From contig JBKAGE010000037.1 in NCBI GenBank assembly GCA_046290225.1, positions 128,001 through 192,000 of the forward strand: a DNA stretch of 64,000 nt, read 5' to 3'. The position numbers and the translations under genes are program-made. This stretch comes from Bradymonadia bacterium. Its GTDB lineage: Bacteria; Myxococcota_A; Bradymonadia; UBA7976; UBA1532. The notes beneath the pieces are model-generated. The model had not been told where the DNA came from. It did not search any database and was given only the letters and a program-made list of their open reading frames with translations. This document shows, in pieces, positions 55,921-64,000 of the stretch. Numbering within the stretch: position 1 is the first letter of the stretch; each line of letters starts with the position of its first letter.

Positions 55921-58542
55921 GTGATGACGGCGGGACGCGCGATCAAGCTGGTGACTCTGATCACCTTGAGTACGTTGCTGGGCACGGGCTGCCCGCCAAA
56001 AGGCGGGCGGGTCAAAGATGCCGGCGTCAGCAAAGACGCTGGTGGCAATGCTGACAATGACGGAGACAAGCGCCCCGACCCCGAAAACGAGCCTAAAAAA
56101 CGGCGTGAAGATCAGGGCAGGTTCGCCGAGCGTTTGTGCAGAGAAGACATGCTGGTGGTCGACGTACCCACCTTCATTCCCAACCTGTGGGTCAAGAACG
56201 GCCGCACGGTGGCCACCGCGCTCGTGCGTCAGGACGAAATCAGAAAGCTTCTCGAAGAAGAAGCGAACCAACGCCTGGAGCCCTGGTTTGGCGACCCCAC
56301 CGGGGCCAAACGCCGGATTCACGTCACGCTCGAACGCGTCTTTGCTGCGAACAGTTATTCTGGAGTGCCTCTCAACCAGCAGCCCGTGGCAGATCGAGCA
56401 GACCCAGTTCACCTGCGCCATCTGCGCTTTACCTTCACCAGCGACACACCCACCGGCAGGGCCCCGGAGAACCTCCGCCCCAGCGCTCAATGTGAGGCGC
56501 TGGCCACATTGCAGATCCTCCTCGATGATGCGATCGGCGCTGAAGACGCAGCACGCCTCTATGTGGCCCGTGCGTGTGACGCCAGCATCCAGCAGAGTGC
56601 GACTTTTGCCCCGGCCCCCCATGATGAATGGCACCTCACGGCCATGGGCATAGACCAATCTTCTGTTCGCATCACTGGCGCATCAGGAAGCCCGAGCGCT
56701 CATGTGGCCATCGTCGACACTTTGCCACCGCAAAAAGTCGTCAGCCTTCTCGGTGCTGAAAGTCCGGATGGTGTCGACGCCACGCCTGGCACCATGCACG
56801 GCGCCGCAATGGGGCTCTACGTCCGTCAGGTATCTCCCACAGCCAAGATCACCTTCTTCAAGGGCTTGTCTGGTGACGGGGCCTCTCCCATTGGGGATTT
56901 GGCCACAGCACTTCAACGCGTACACACGCGCTTCTCCGAAGCCTCCAGAGCACGGGCTCCATTGGTGGTCAACCTCAGCTTGGGCTGGAAAGCCGATGGG
57001 CGCGTCAGGACCAGCATCAAGGGCAGCTGGACTCAACGTCACCTCAGCTGGACGGATGGTCGTCAGATTCCCCGTGACTGTCAGATGTTGGAAGACCCAG
57101 TGGGTGAGTCGGTTCGATTGGCGCTCATCGGTCTGCGTCGACGAGGTCTCGAGGTCTCGACCCTGATCTATGCCGCCGCAGGGAACACGATCCTGTCACC
57201 GCCGATGAAGTACCCAGGCAAGGCCCCCACTGACGATCCTGTAGAGGCGCTGCCTGATCCATCTAATGTCAGAGCAGTACCTCCTGTATATGCCACCGAC
57301 GACTTGCTCTACCCCGCAAACTGGGCACGTCGTCTGACCGAGCTACGCCCTGGGGAGACACCGACGCCGCTGGTCGAGTCAGTGGGTCAGTCTGGTCCTC
57401 GCAATCCTGATCCAGATCACACGAACTTTCGTTTGGAGACGCCACTGGTAGCACCTGGAGTCTTTGTGCCGATCTCCTTGGGGGTGAACACCAGTCTCAC
57501 AGGGGTGACAACCTGGGCAGACATCGATCTGTGCACTGACAGATCCGGTGCTGTCGCAGGCCCCTTCCTGCCCCCTCATTACAGCGGAACTTCGGTGTCG
57601 ACGGCTTTCGCCAGCGGCACTGCAGCAGAGGCTCTCCGGGCACTTCAAGGTCGCCGAAGCTCAGGTACGCCACCCAGGGTGATTCGTCAGGATCAAATGA
57701 CTGCGCTGATGACCCATTCGGGCATTCCCTGCGGCCAGGTGAAAGGCCACTATCTGGCCCCTAACTTCTATGACATTCCCGATGTGCCCCAACTTGATGG
57801 CACGCCAAATCCGGCGGCCCATGAAAATGCTGCCGTAGCTCCAGTACGTACGGATGTACGTCGACAGCTCCACTTCAAGACCCTGATGACCCTGATTCAG
57901 CAACCGGTATGTATGCAAAGAGTTCTGGCCTGTACTTTCGAGAACCCTCGAAATCACCTTGGCCGCCTGAACTCCACATGTCTGACATCGGCGCTGAGTG
58001 CTTGTGATGTTCCACTGCGCAGGCGTGCTTGCGCAGGGTCAAAGCCCGTACTCGCGGGTACACGGCCAGAGTTGGAGTGTGCTGCGAATAAGCTGTTGTC
58101 GAGCGTGACTCCAGCGCCGCTGCCCAAACGAGCACCTGATCCCTTGGTGGCAGGCACTCTAGGGCCTCAACCAACGATATATCCATGCACTGGCCGCTGC
58201 AGTGTATTTACATTTTCTGCAGGTGGAGATCGGATGATGGACATCACATTCGAACTCAACCCTAAATGGGATGTGGCCCGTACAACTAGGGTAGAACTCC
58301 GGATTCTCGGAAATGGTGGCTTCCTTGCGGGACCAGCATATACGCTGAGCAACAATCCAACATCTGACCTCAGCCCAGGCAAATTACATATTGTTAAAGA
58401 CATCAAACTCGAAAATGATTCTGTAACAGAGTCGATGGATTTTCGACTTGTGTTCGAAGGTAAATCAGTCACTGGTCAACAGGTATCAATCAGCCAACCT
58501 TTGAGTGTTCATAAATCAACCCCTGGGTGGTCAACACCTTGA
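55921..58542 (+). CDS. S8 (subtilisin-like) serine peptidase, lipoprotein
   Basis: Lipobox-like LLGTG-C; EWHL; VAIVD(266)T; MH(293)GAAMG; VVNLSLG; AAAGN(422); YPANW; LVAPG; SGTS(558)VSTAFASG; Cys-rich region and GPQP..PC..C C-terminal domain. Confidence 0.88.
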   Translation: MMTAGRAIKLVTLITLSTLLGTGCPPKGGRVKDAGVSKDAGGNADNDGDKRPDPENEPKKRREDQGRFAERLCREDMLVVDVPTFIPNLWVKNGRTVATALVRQDEIRKLLEEEANQRLEPWFGDPTGAKRRIHVTLERVFAANSYSGVPLNQQPVADRADPVHLRHLRFTFTSDTPTGRAPENLRPSAQCEALATLQILLDDAIGAEDAARLYVARACDASIQQSATFAPAPHDEWHLTAMGIDQSSVRITGASGSPSAHVAIVDTLPPQKVVSLLGAESPDGVDATPGTMHGAAMGLYVRQVSPTAKITFFKGLSGDGASPIGDLATALQRVHTRFSEASRARAPLVVNLSLGWKADGRVRTSIKGSWTQRHLSWTDGRQIPRDCQMLEDPVGESVRLALIGLRRRGLEVSTLIYAAAGNTILSPPMKYPGKAPTDDPVEALPDPSNVRAVPPVYATDDLLYPANWARRLTELRPGETPTPLVESVGQSGPRNPDPDHTNFRLETPLVAPGVFVPISLGVNTSLTGVTTWADIDLCTDRSGAVAGPFLPPHYSGTSVSTAFASGTAAEALRALQGRRSSGTPPRVIRQDQMTALMTHSGIPCGQVKGHYLAPNFYDIPDVPQLDGTPNPAAHENAAVAPVRTDVRRQLHFKTLMTLIQQPVCMQRVLACTFENPRNHLGRLNSTCLTSALSACDVPLRRRACAGSKPVLAGTRPELECAANKLLSSVTPAPLPKRAPDPLVAGTLGPQPTIYPCTGRCSVFTFSAGGDRMMDITFELNPKWDVARTTRVELRILGNGGFLAGPAYTLSNNPTSDLSPGKLHIVKDIKLENDSVTESMDFRLVFEGKSVTGQQVSISQPLSVHKSTPGWSTP

Positions 58543-61277
58543 GCTTTCGGCTCCAACCTGCCCTCTCAATTCTGGTGTCATGCATACTCATGACATCCTG
58601 CACTCCAGTGCCCTCCTCATCAACCTCCTTGCTTGGGATTGAGGGTGAAACTGGTGTTCTGTCTACTCAGAACTCTTCGCTCATATATCTCTTTGATCAA
58701 GATCACAAAATCCACCTATCAACAAACTGTCCGGCTTCGAGTTACCTTACTCTTCGTACTGAACTCGGTCAGGACAAGCTTGAATTCAAAGACACCACTG
58801 CTCTAAACAACTATTTATCAAACCAGCCAAACGGTCGAGAGTTCACATTAAATTCCACATGCAACCAAAAAAAGTCTAAAGATTACAGAATCAGGCTCAT
58901 TCCAACGGTTGGCGAAATCTTGCCTATACAAGAAATCGATCAACTGCTCAAACAAGAGAAATGGGATGATGCGCACAGACTGCTGAACCAACGAAAGAGT
59001 ACATCAACGGACGCCTATTCAAGATCAGTCCTCATGATGGAGATTGCCCGAGTGTACTCTCGAAGATCTCCTGTGGAAGGCGTTCAGCATTGGATATCTG
59101 CTTCAAATTACAGTGAAGAGCAAGGTTACTTGAGTGATGCGAGCCAAGCTCTTAGAAATGCAGCGCATTACATACTCACCAATAGTCCAACGAAAGCCAA
59201 CTCACTCATTGACAAAGCAATTGGCATCGATAGCCGTTCAAACCGTCCACGAGAACTTGCTGAAGACTACTATTATAAAACCATCATCTGGCATTCGCTT
59301 CTGGTACCAAAGAAAGCTCTGAGCCACCTTCAAAAAGCGAAGACTGAGATGGCTCGGCTACAAGACAAGACCCTTGCTGCTGCTTTGAGTAGCGTCGAGA
59401 CAGGAATCTTAGAGCGTCTTGGCCAATATCGAGAAGCTGACTCAATCTACCGGTCCCAGCTGGAGGCTCCAGGAACCCAAGGTATTCTCAGGGGGATTAT
59501 TCTCAGCAACTTTGCATGGATGAGGACAGTCTCTCACGGCCAAGAACCACTGACTGACGTGGAGCAGGACTTCCAAACAGCTCTCTCACTCCTCAAACAG
59601 CACAATGCCCTACCCTCCGCCATCGCAGAAACTCACCTCGGCCGCGCGTGGCTCTACGTAAAACAGCGCAACTACTCCGCCGCGCTCGCCGACTGGACCG
59701 AAGCTCAGAAGCTCTCCAAAACCGAGAGCTGGCCCGGGTTCCGGTGGCTCGTGCGCGCTGAGATCGCGCGGGGCACGCGCGACTTTCCCAGCGCCCATCA
59801 GGCCTTTCAGAAAGCCATGGAGACCGCGCGGCTCACCGGTGCGCCCGCCTCCGACATCGGGTGGCGGGCCCTCTATGGAGTGGGCAGTCTGCACCTCGCC
59901 GAGGGGCAGCGGCGCAAGGCCATCGACACGTGGAAACAGGCCCTCGGCGAGCTCGATCTGACCACGCGACAGATCGGCGTCGACGCCATCGGCGGGTTCC
60001 TCGGCGATCGCCAGCACCTGACCCGTGATCTCATGGAAGTGCTCATCGAGGCTGGGCAGATCGACGAGGCCGTGCTCGTGGCCGATCGATCCCGGGCCCA
60101 CACGCTGCAGGCCCTCGACGCCCAGCATCGACTGGAGCGGCTCACCCCGGCGCAGATGGAGACGTGGTCCACGCACATTCAGAGCTACATGCAGCTTCGG
60201 AGCAGCTTCGACCCCACCGCCGAGAGCCACTGCCTCGAGGTCCCTCGCGACGAAGTGGCCGCCTGTGAGGCTAAACGCCAGCAGCGCACCAAAGCCCTCA
60301 CCGAGCACCTCGACGCGGCCTATGCCCTGCTCGACGAAGCCGCGGGCAGCGTGCACAGCGTCAGCCGCCTGTCCGAGATACAGCAGGCGTTGCGCCCGAA
60401 GGAAGCTCTGCTCGTCGTGGCCAGCGTCGAGCAGGAAGCACAGGGTCAGGCTCAATGGCGGAGCTTCTGGGTCACCCACAGCACCGTGGAAGCTGGCACC
60501 CCCTCACCCGATCCGGCTTCGCTGTGGTTGAGCCGACTGCCTGCCCTCGATCACCTCTTCCTCGTCGGTGATGCCCCCTCGGTCCGGGGCCTCTCGGCGC
60601 GCCTCGACACCGATGAACAACCCCTCGGCGCGAAGGTGCAGATGAGCGAGCTGCCCTTCGCGGGGCTGCTCACGCGACGCGACAAGCCCACCAACACCGG
60701 CGCGCCTCTGGTCATCGCCGACCCCACTCGGCAGTACCAGGGCGCCTTGCTCGCCGGGGACATCGCCGCGCGCCATGTCCCTGATGCCCGTCGCCTCGAT
60801 CGCGAAGCCGCCACCCGCGCCCCCGTGCTCGACGGCCTGACGGACGCCTCGGTGTTTCACTTCTCCGGCCACGCCGAGCAGAAATCGGGTGATCCGTGGA
60901 CCGGGGCGCTGCTCCTCGCCGGGCAGACCTCGCTCACCGCCAGCGATGTGTTGATCCATCGCCCGCAGGTGGGCCTCGCGGTGCTCGCCGCCTGTGGCAC
61001 CGGGGCCGGACACACCGTGAGTGGGGACGACACCCTCAGCCTCGCCGAGGCCTTCATCGCCGCGGGCAGCCAGACCGTGATCGCCACCGATCGGGCCATC
61101 GAGGCTGAGGCCGCGGAGCGGTTCGCCAAGGCGTTTTATGGTCACGGAGGCGCTCAGAAACCCGCAGAGGCCTTTCGCAAGACCCTGAGAGACTTGCACC
61201 GTCAGGGCGATCCACACTGGGCCCACTGGCGGTTGCTGGGCTTCCCCCACAGCGCCACCGCGGCGCCGAGGCGGTAG
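58527..61277 (+). CDS. TPR-CHAT domain protein (caspase-like peptidase)
   Basis: Helical TPR region; LVIADP, ATRAPVL, FHFSGH(782)A, LLLAG..LTASDV, VLAAC(823)GTG, LAEAFIAAGSQTVIAT, FAKAFY, WAHWRLLG; possible lipobox LMTS-C. Confidence 0.9.
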   Translation: MVNTLSFRLQPALSILVSCILMTSCTPVPSSSTSLLGIEGETGVLSTQNSSLIYLFDQDHKIHLSTNCPASSYLTLRTELGQDKLEFKDTTALNNYLSNQPNGREFTLNSTCNQKKSKDYRIRLIPTVGEILPIQEIDQLLKQEKWDDAHRLLNQRKSTSTDAYSRSVLMMEIARVYSRRSPVEGVQHWISASNYSEEQGYLSDASQALRNAAHYILTNSPTKANSLIDKAIGIDSRSNRPRELAEDYYYKTIIWHSLLVPKKALSHLQKAKTEMARLQDKTLAAALSSVETGILERLGQYREADSIYRSQLEAPGTQGILRGIILSNFAWMRTVSHGQEPLTDVEQDFQTALSLLKQHNALPSAIAETHLGRAWLYVKQRNYSAALADWTEAQKLSKTESWPGFRWLVRAEIARGTRDFPSAHQAFQKAMETARLTGAPASDIGWRALYGVGSLHLAEGQRRKAIDTWKQALGELDLTTRQIGVDAIGGFLGDRQHLTRDLMEVLIEAGQIDEAVLVADRSRAHTLQALDAQHRLERLTPAQMETWSTHIQSYMQLRSSFDPTAESHCLEVPRDEVAACEAKRQQRTKALTEHLDAAYALLDEAAGSVHSVSRLSEIQQALRPKEALLVVASVEQEAQGQAQWRSFWVTHSTVEAGTPSPDPASLWLSRLPALDHLFLVGDAPSVRGLSARLDTDEQPLGAKVQMSELPFAGLLTRRDKPTNTGAPLVIADPTRQYQGALLAGDIAARHVPDARRLDREAATRAPVLDGLTDASVFHFSGHAEQKSGDPWTGALLLAGQTSLTASDVLIHRPQVGLAVLAACGTGAGHTVSGDDTLSLAEAFIAAGSQTVIATDRAIEAEAAERFAKAFYGHGGAQKPAEAFRKTLRDLHRQGDPHWAHWRLLGFPHSATAAPRR

Positions 61278-61280
61278 ACC

Positions 61281-63122
61281 ATGGCCCAGTTCAAAGTCGA
61301 CGTCATGACCCTGCTCAACGCGCTCTGGCTCGCCGTGGAGCGTCTCGATCAGTCGCCACCTCCACACGACTGCTTGCGGGAGCAAGTGGCGCTGAAGGTG
61401 CTCGACGCCGGCGAAAATCGCGGGGGTCATGCTTTGAGGGGCGCCGCCGCGCTGCTCACATGGTCCGTGGTCGACGGAGACAGCCCCCAGGGTCAACTCG
61501 TCGAGGGTGTGGGCCGCGCCGTGGCGCGCTCTGCCGCCGGATGCCCTGATCCAGTGTGTATCGAGGCGGTGACCCGACTGCACGACCGCGCGGGCGACGA
61601 GGGCGCCCGATGGCTGATCCGTGGCACCCTCACCGAGGGCACACGGTGGCGTCGATTCATCGCCAGCCTCGCCCTCTGTGAGGCGGTGATGATGCACGAA
61701 GACACCTTCGTGCTCGAGTTGGACCTCGGCGATCAGCAGCCCTGGGATTCGACGCCCTCACCAGAGGCCACCCAGGATTGGCTCGGCACCCTCACCTGGT
61801 ATCAGAGCAGCGCCCTCGATGCGGGCAAAGTGAGCGGCAACAGTCTGGTGAACTTCGCCAAGCTCGTGCTCGCCACCCGCGAGGCGGCCCGAGTGGCCCA
61901 TACCTCCGATCGGCCGGCGCTCTACAACACCGTGGCCCAGATGCTCGACGACGAGGTGGAGCCGGGCTCGGTGAAGAGGGCATTTGATCCGAAGCGCATT
62001 TGTCCGGCGAGCATGGGCCGGCTCATCGAAGACGTCGCCGAGGGCGGCGGCGGGCTGAAGCTTCTACAACATCCGCTCAAGCGCGTAATCACCGCGCTGG
62101 GCCTCGAAGACACATCACACACAACAGGGGCAGAGACGCGTTCGGGCACGCGTTCAGGAGGGGGTATGCAGTCACCATCAAATAGACCTGCGAGAGGGGC
62201 TCAGCGGGCAGCGCAAGCCACCCTCGATGCACATTGCCTCGCCAGCGCAATCGAGGAGGCCCTGGAGGAGACGCCCTCGGGCCAAGCCCTCTGGCCGCAG
62301 CTGCGTGCTGTGGTCGACGACTTCATGGTTGGGCGGCCCGAGACCGTAGCCCCCGATGATCCGCGGGGCTTCGGCAGGCTGGTGCTCGACGAGCTTGCCC
62401 GCATCGGCACCTTGCCCGCGGCGCTGGCTCGACTTGCACACCAGGGGGCCGACTTGAGCGGTGACGTGCTCGCGGCATGTCAGAGCGGAGCTCTCAGCGC
62501 TGCAACGGTGGAATCACTGGCGCTGCACACCTCGAGCTGCGGTGCGTGTCAGGGGGCAGTTCAGCGGCTCAACCTCGAGACACAGTCTACAGCTCCGATC
62601 AGCGCCTCCGAGCCTGGCATCATCGAACGCGTGCTCCGCTGGTTGTCCACCCCTCAGTGGGCCCTGGGCACGATGATGGCGGTTGCGCTGGTTGTCTGGC
62701 TCGCCTGGCCCTCCACGGTGCGGGAGATCCCCGATTACGCGGTGGCCAGCATCACTGGAGCTGAGGGCAAATTGCTTGGAGACAACACACCTCGACGTGC
62801 ATTTACGGCCCGCAACCGTGTACGCATGGTGATTCAGCCCGACACTCGAATCTCTGGCGAGCCGGCACATGCTGGGGTGTACGTCACCTCAAAGGGTCAG
62901 CCTCTCCGCGCCTTGCCACGTGCGTGGCTCCAGCACAAAGCAGCGGGTGTGTTCATCTTCGAAGGGCCTGCCGCAGAGATCTGCACTCATGGCCCAGGGG
63001 CCTACACACTCGTCTTCGCCTTTGATGAGGATGACGACATCAGCACTGAGCTCTCGGGGCAGTCGATGGGTGACCTGAAGCACCCCCACACCGCCCAAGC
63101 TGTGATCGAGTATCGACCCTGA
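61281..63122 (+). CDS. Membrane protein with zinc anti-sigma (HxxxCxxC) motif and N-terminal sigma4/HTH-like region
   Basis: H416-TSS-C420-GA-C423; TM WALGTMMAVALVVWLAWP (460-477); extracytoplasmic beta-rich C-terminus; N-terminal LYNTVAQMLDDEVEPGSVKRAF; internal AGGAGG + in-frame ATG at 62166. Confidence 0.7.
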   Translation: MAQFKVDVMTLLNALWLAVERLDQSPPPHDCLREQVALKVLDAGENRGGHALRGAAALLTWSVVDGDSPQGQLVEGVGRAVARSAAGCPDPVCIEAVTRLHDRAGDEGARWLIRGTLTEGTRWRRFIASLALCEAVMMHEDTFVLELDLGDQQPWDSTPSPEATQDWLGTLTWYQSSALDAGKVSGNSLVNFAKLVLATREAARVAHTSDRPALYNTVAQMLDDEVEPGSVKRAFDPKRICPASMGRLIEDVAEGGGGLKLLQHPLKRVITALGLEDTSHTTGAETRSGTRSGGGMQSPSNRPARGAQRAAQATLDAHCLASAIEEALEETPSGQALWPQLRAVVDDFMVGRPETVAPDDPRGFGRLVLDELARIGTLPAALARLAHQGADLSGDVLAACQSGALSAATVESLALHTSSCGACQGAVQRLNLETQSTAPISASEPGIIERVLRWLSTPQWALGTMMAVALVVWLAWPSTVREIPDYAVASITGAEGKLLGDNTPRRAFTARNRVRMVIQPDTRISGEPAHAGVYVTSKGQPLRALPRAWLQHKAAGVFIFEGPAAEICTHGPGAYTLVFAFDEDDDISTELSGQSMGDLKHPHTAQAVIEYRP

Positions 63123-63125
63123 TCG

Positions 63126-64000
63126 TCAGCGCATCGCCTTGGGCACCTTGATGCCTGCCACCTCGAGCACATCCCAGCGAAAATCCGTGTAGCTGTACTC
63201 GTCTGCCTTCCAGCTCGTACGCCGTGGGTCACGCATGCGCACTGCCACCAGATCAGCGCCGGGCACCACGATGACGTACTGCCCCAACCAGCCATCGGCG
63301 CGCCAGGCCAGCGGCTCGGTCTCGAACTCGAACATGCGGGTGCGGTTGGCTTCGAGGGTGCGGGCGACGAGATCGAACTCTGTGTCACCGATGCGCGCCT
63401 TCAAGCTCGCCTTCGCCACGTCGAAGTCCGTGAAGCGCTTCCCGATCAGCGTGCTCGCCTTCTCCACCGTCTCGGCCTTGACCCCCGCCTTCCCCCATCG
63501 CTCCAGGCGAGCCGCGTTCATCGTGTAGGCCTTGGGGCGACCATCACGCCACCAGAGCAGGCCGCACTGGTCGGTGATTTTCTGGCCCGGCGCCAGCATC
63601 TCGTCGATCCAGGCCTCGGAGACGAGCTGCTTGCCCTGCCACTTGCCGCGCTGCAGAACCAGAAGCCCGATCTTCGCCAGATCCATCGGGCGGATCAGCA
63701 ACTCACCGGCGGCCCGAGCGTCGCCCCGGCCGTCTTTGGACCAGAAAGCACCGATCACACCAAGCGGACCGAACAGCTGATGCTGCAAGAAGTCGTCGAA
63801 ATACATGCCCTCAGGGTGGGCACGGCGGGCGATCACCGAGAGGAAATCCACGGCATTGTTGTTGTAGGCGAAGGCCTCGCCTGGTGGGGTCTTCAGCGCA
63901 CCACCGACCACGTGGGCTTCGATGGTGCCCGTGGACCACTTCGGCGGCTTCCCCAGGCCATAGCGACCCTGGTCGATCCCCGACGTGTGGGCCAGCAGCT
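63126..64000 (-). CDS. Serine hydrolase, beta-lactamase/PBP-like family (5' end outside the window)
   Basis: Frame is open to the window edge: LLAHTSG, PGEAFAYNN, LFGPLGV, RPMDLAKIGLLVLQRGKWQGKQLVSEAW, ADGWLGQYVIVVPGADLV. Confidence 0.88.
   Translation of the reverse strand, partial: LLAHTSGIDQGRYGLGKPPKWSTGTIEAHVVGGALKTPPGEAFAYNNNAVDFLSVIARRAHPEGMYFDDFLQHQLFGPLGVIGAFWSKDGRGDARAAGELLIRPMDLAKIGLLVLQRGKWQGKQLVSEAWIDEMLAPGQKITDQCGLLWWRDGRPKAYTMNAARLERWGKAGVKAETVEKASTLIGKRFTDFDVAKASLKARIGDTEFDLVARTLEANRTRMFEFETEPLAWRADGWLGQYVIVVPGADLVAVRMRDPRRTSWKADEYSYTDFRWDVLEVAGIKVPKAMR

Overview
GC-rich (about 65-68% by eye), gene-dense bacterial DNA. Its gene content (PEGA proteins, ExCNGxDDDCDG Cys-rich lipoproteins, acidic Asp-Met-repeat lipoproteins, HEAT-repeat proteins) points to a Myxococcota/Bradymonadales-like deltaproteobacterium; this is inference. 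Most of the window is metabolic and envelope genes: icd, an extended DsbD, a GMC oxidoreductase pair, cydAB, a ramB-type regulator with aceB-aceA, frmR-frmA-fghA with a clear operator, hemE-hemY, a thiolase and a LeuA-like enzyme. No rRNA, tRNA, CRISPR array or transposase was seen. The most interesting region is 55.1-63.1 kb, a candidate proteolytic signalling cassette. It holds a stand-alone subtilase-prodomain-like gene divergent from an operon of (1) a lipoprotein S8 subtilase with an intact D/H/N/S set, (2) a TPR-CHAT caspase-like protease with an intact His/Cys dyad, and (3) a membrane protein with a sigma4-like helix-turn-helix, an internal SD+ATG and a zinc anti-sigma HxxxCxxC motif. 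A low-GC patch spans the S8 C-terminus and CHAT N-terminus. Other highlights: a 1676-aa lamin-tail/glycan-module/di-cytochrome c lipoprotein; two inverted copies of a MITE-like element bounded by G-quadruplex-type (GGGCAC)n repeats; a REPIN-like palindrome sharing their termini; an L,D-transpeptidase/VanX fusion; a GMC enzyme lacking its catalytic His/Asn; and a HEAT-aldo/keto-reductase fusion (absent from the ORF track) back-to-back with a CsoR-type repressor.
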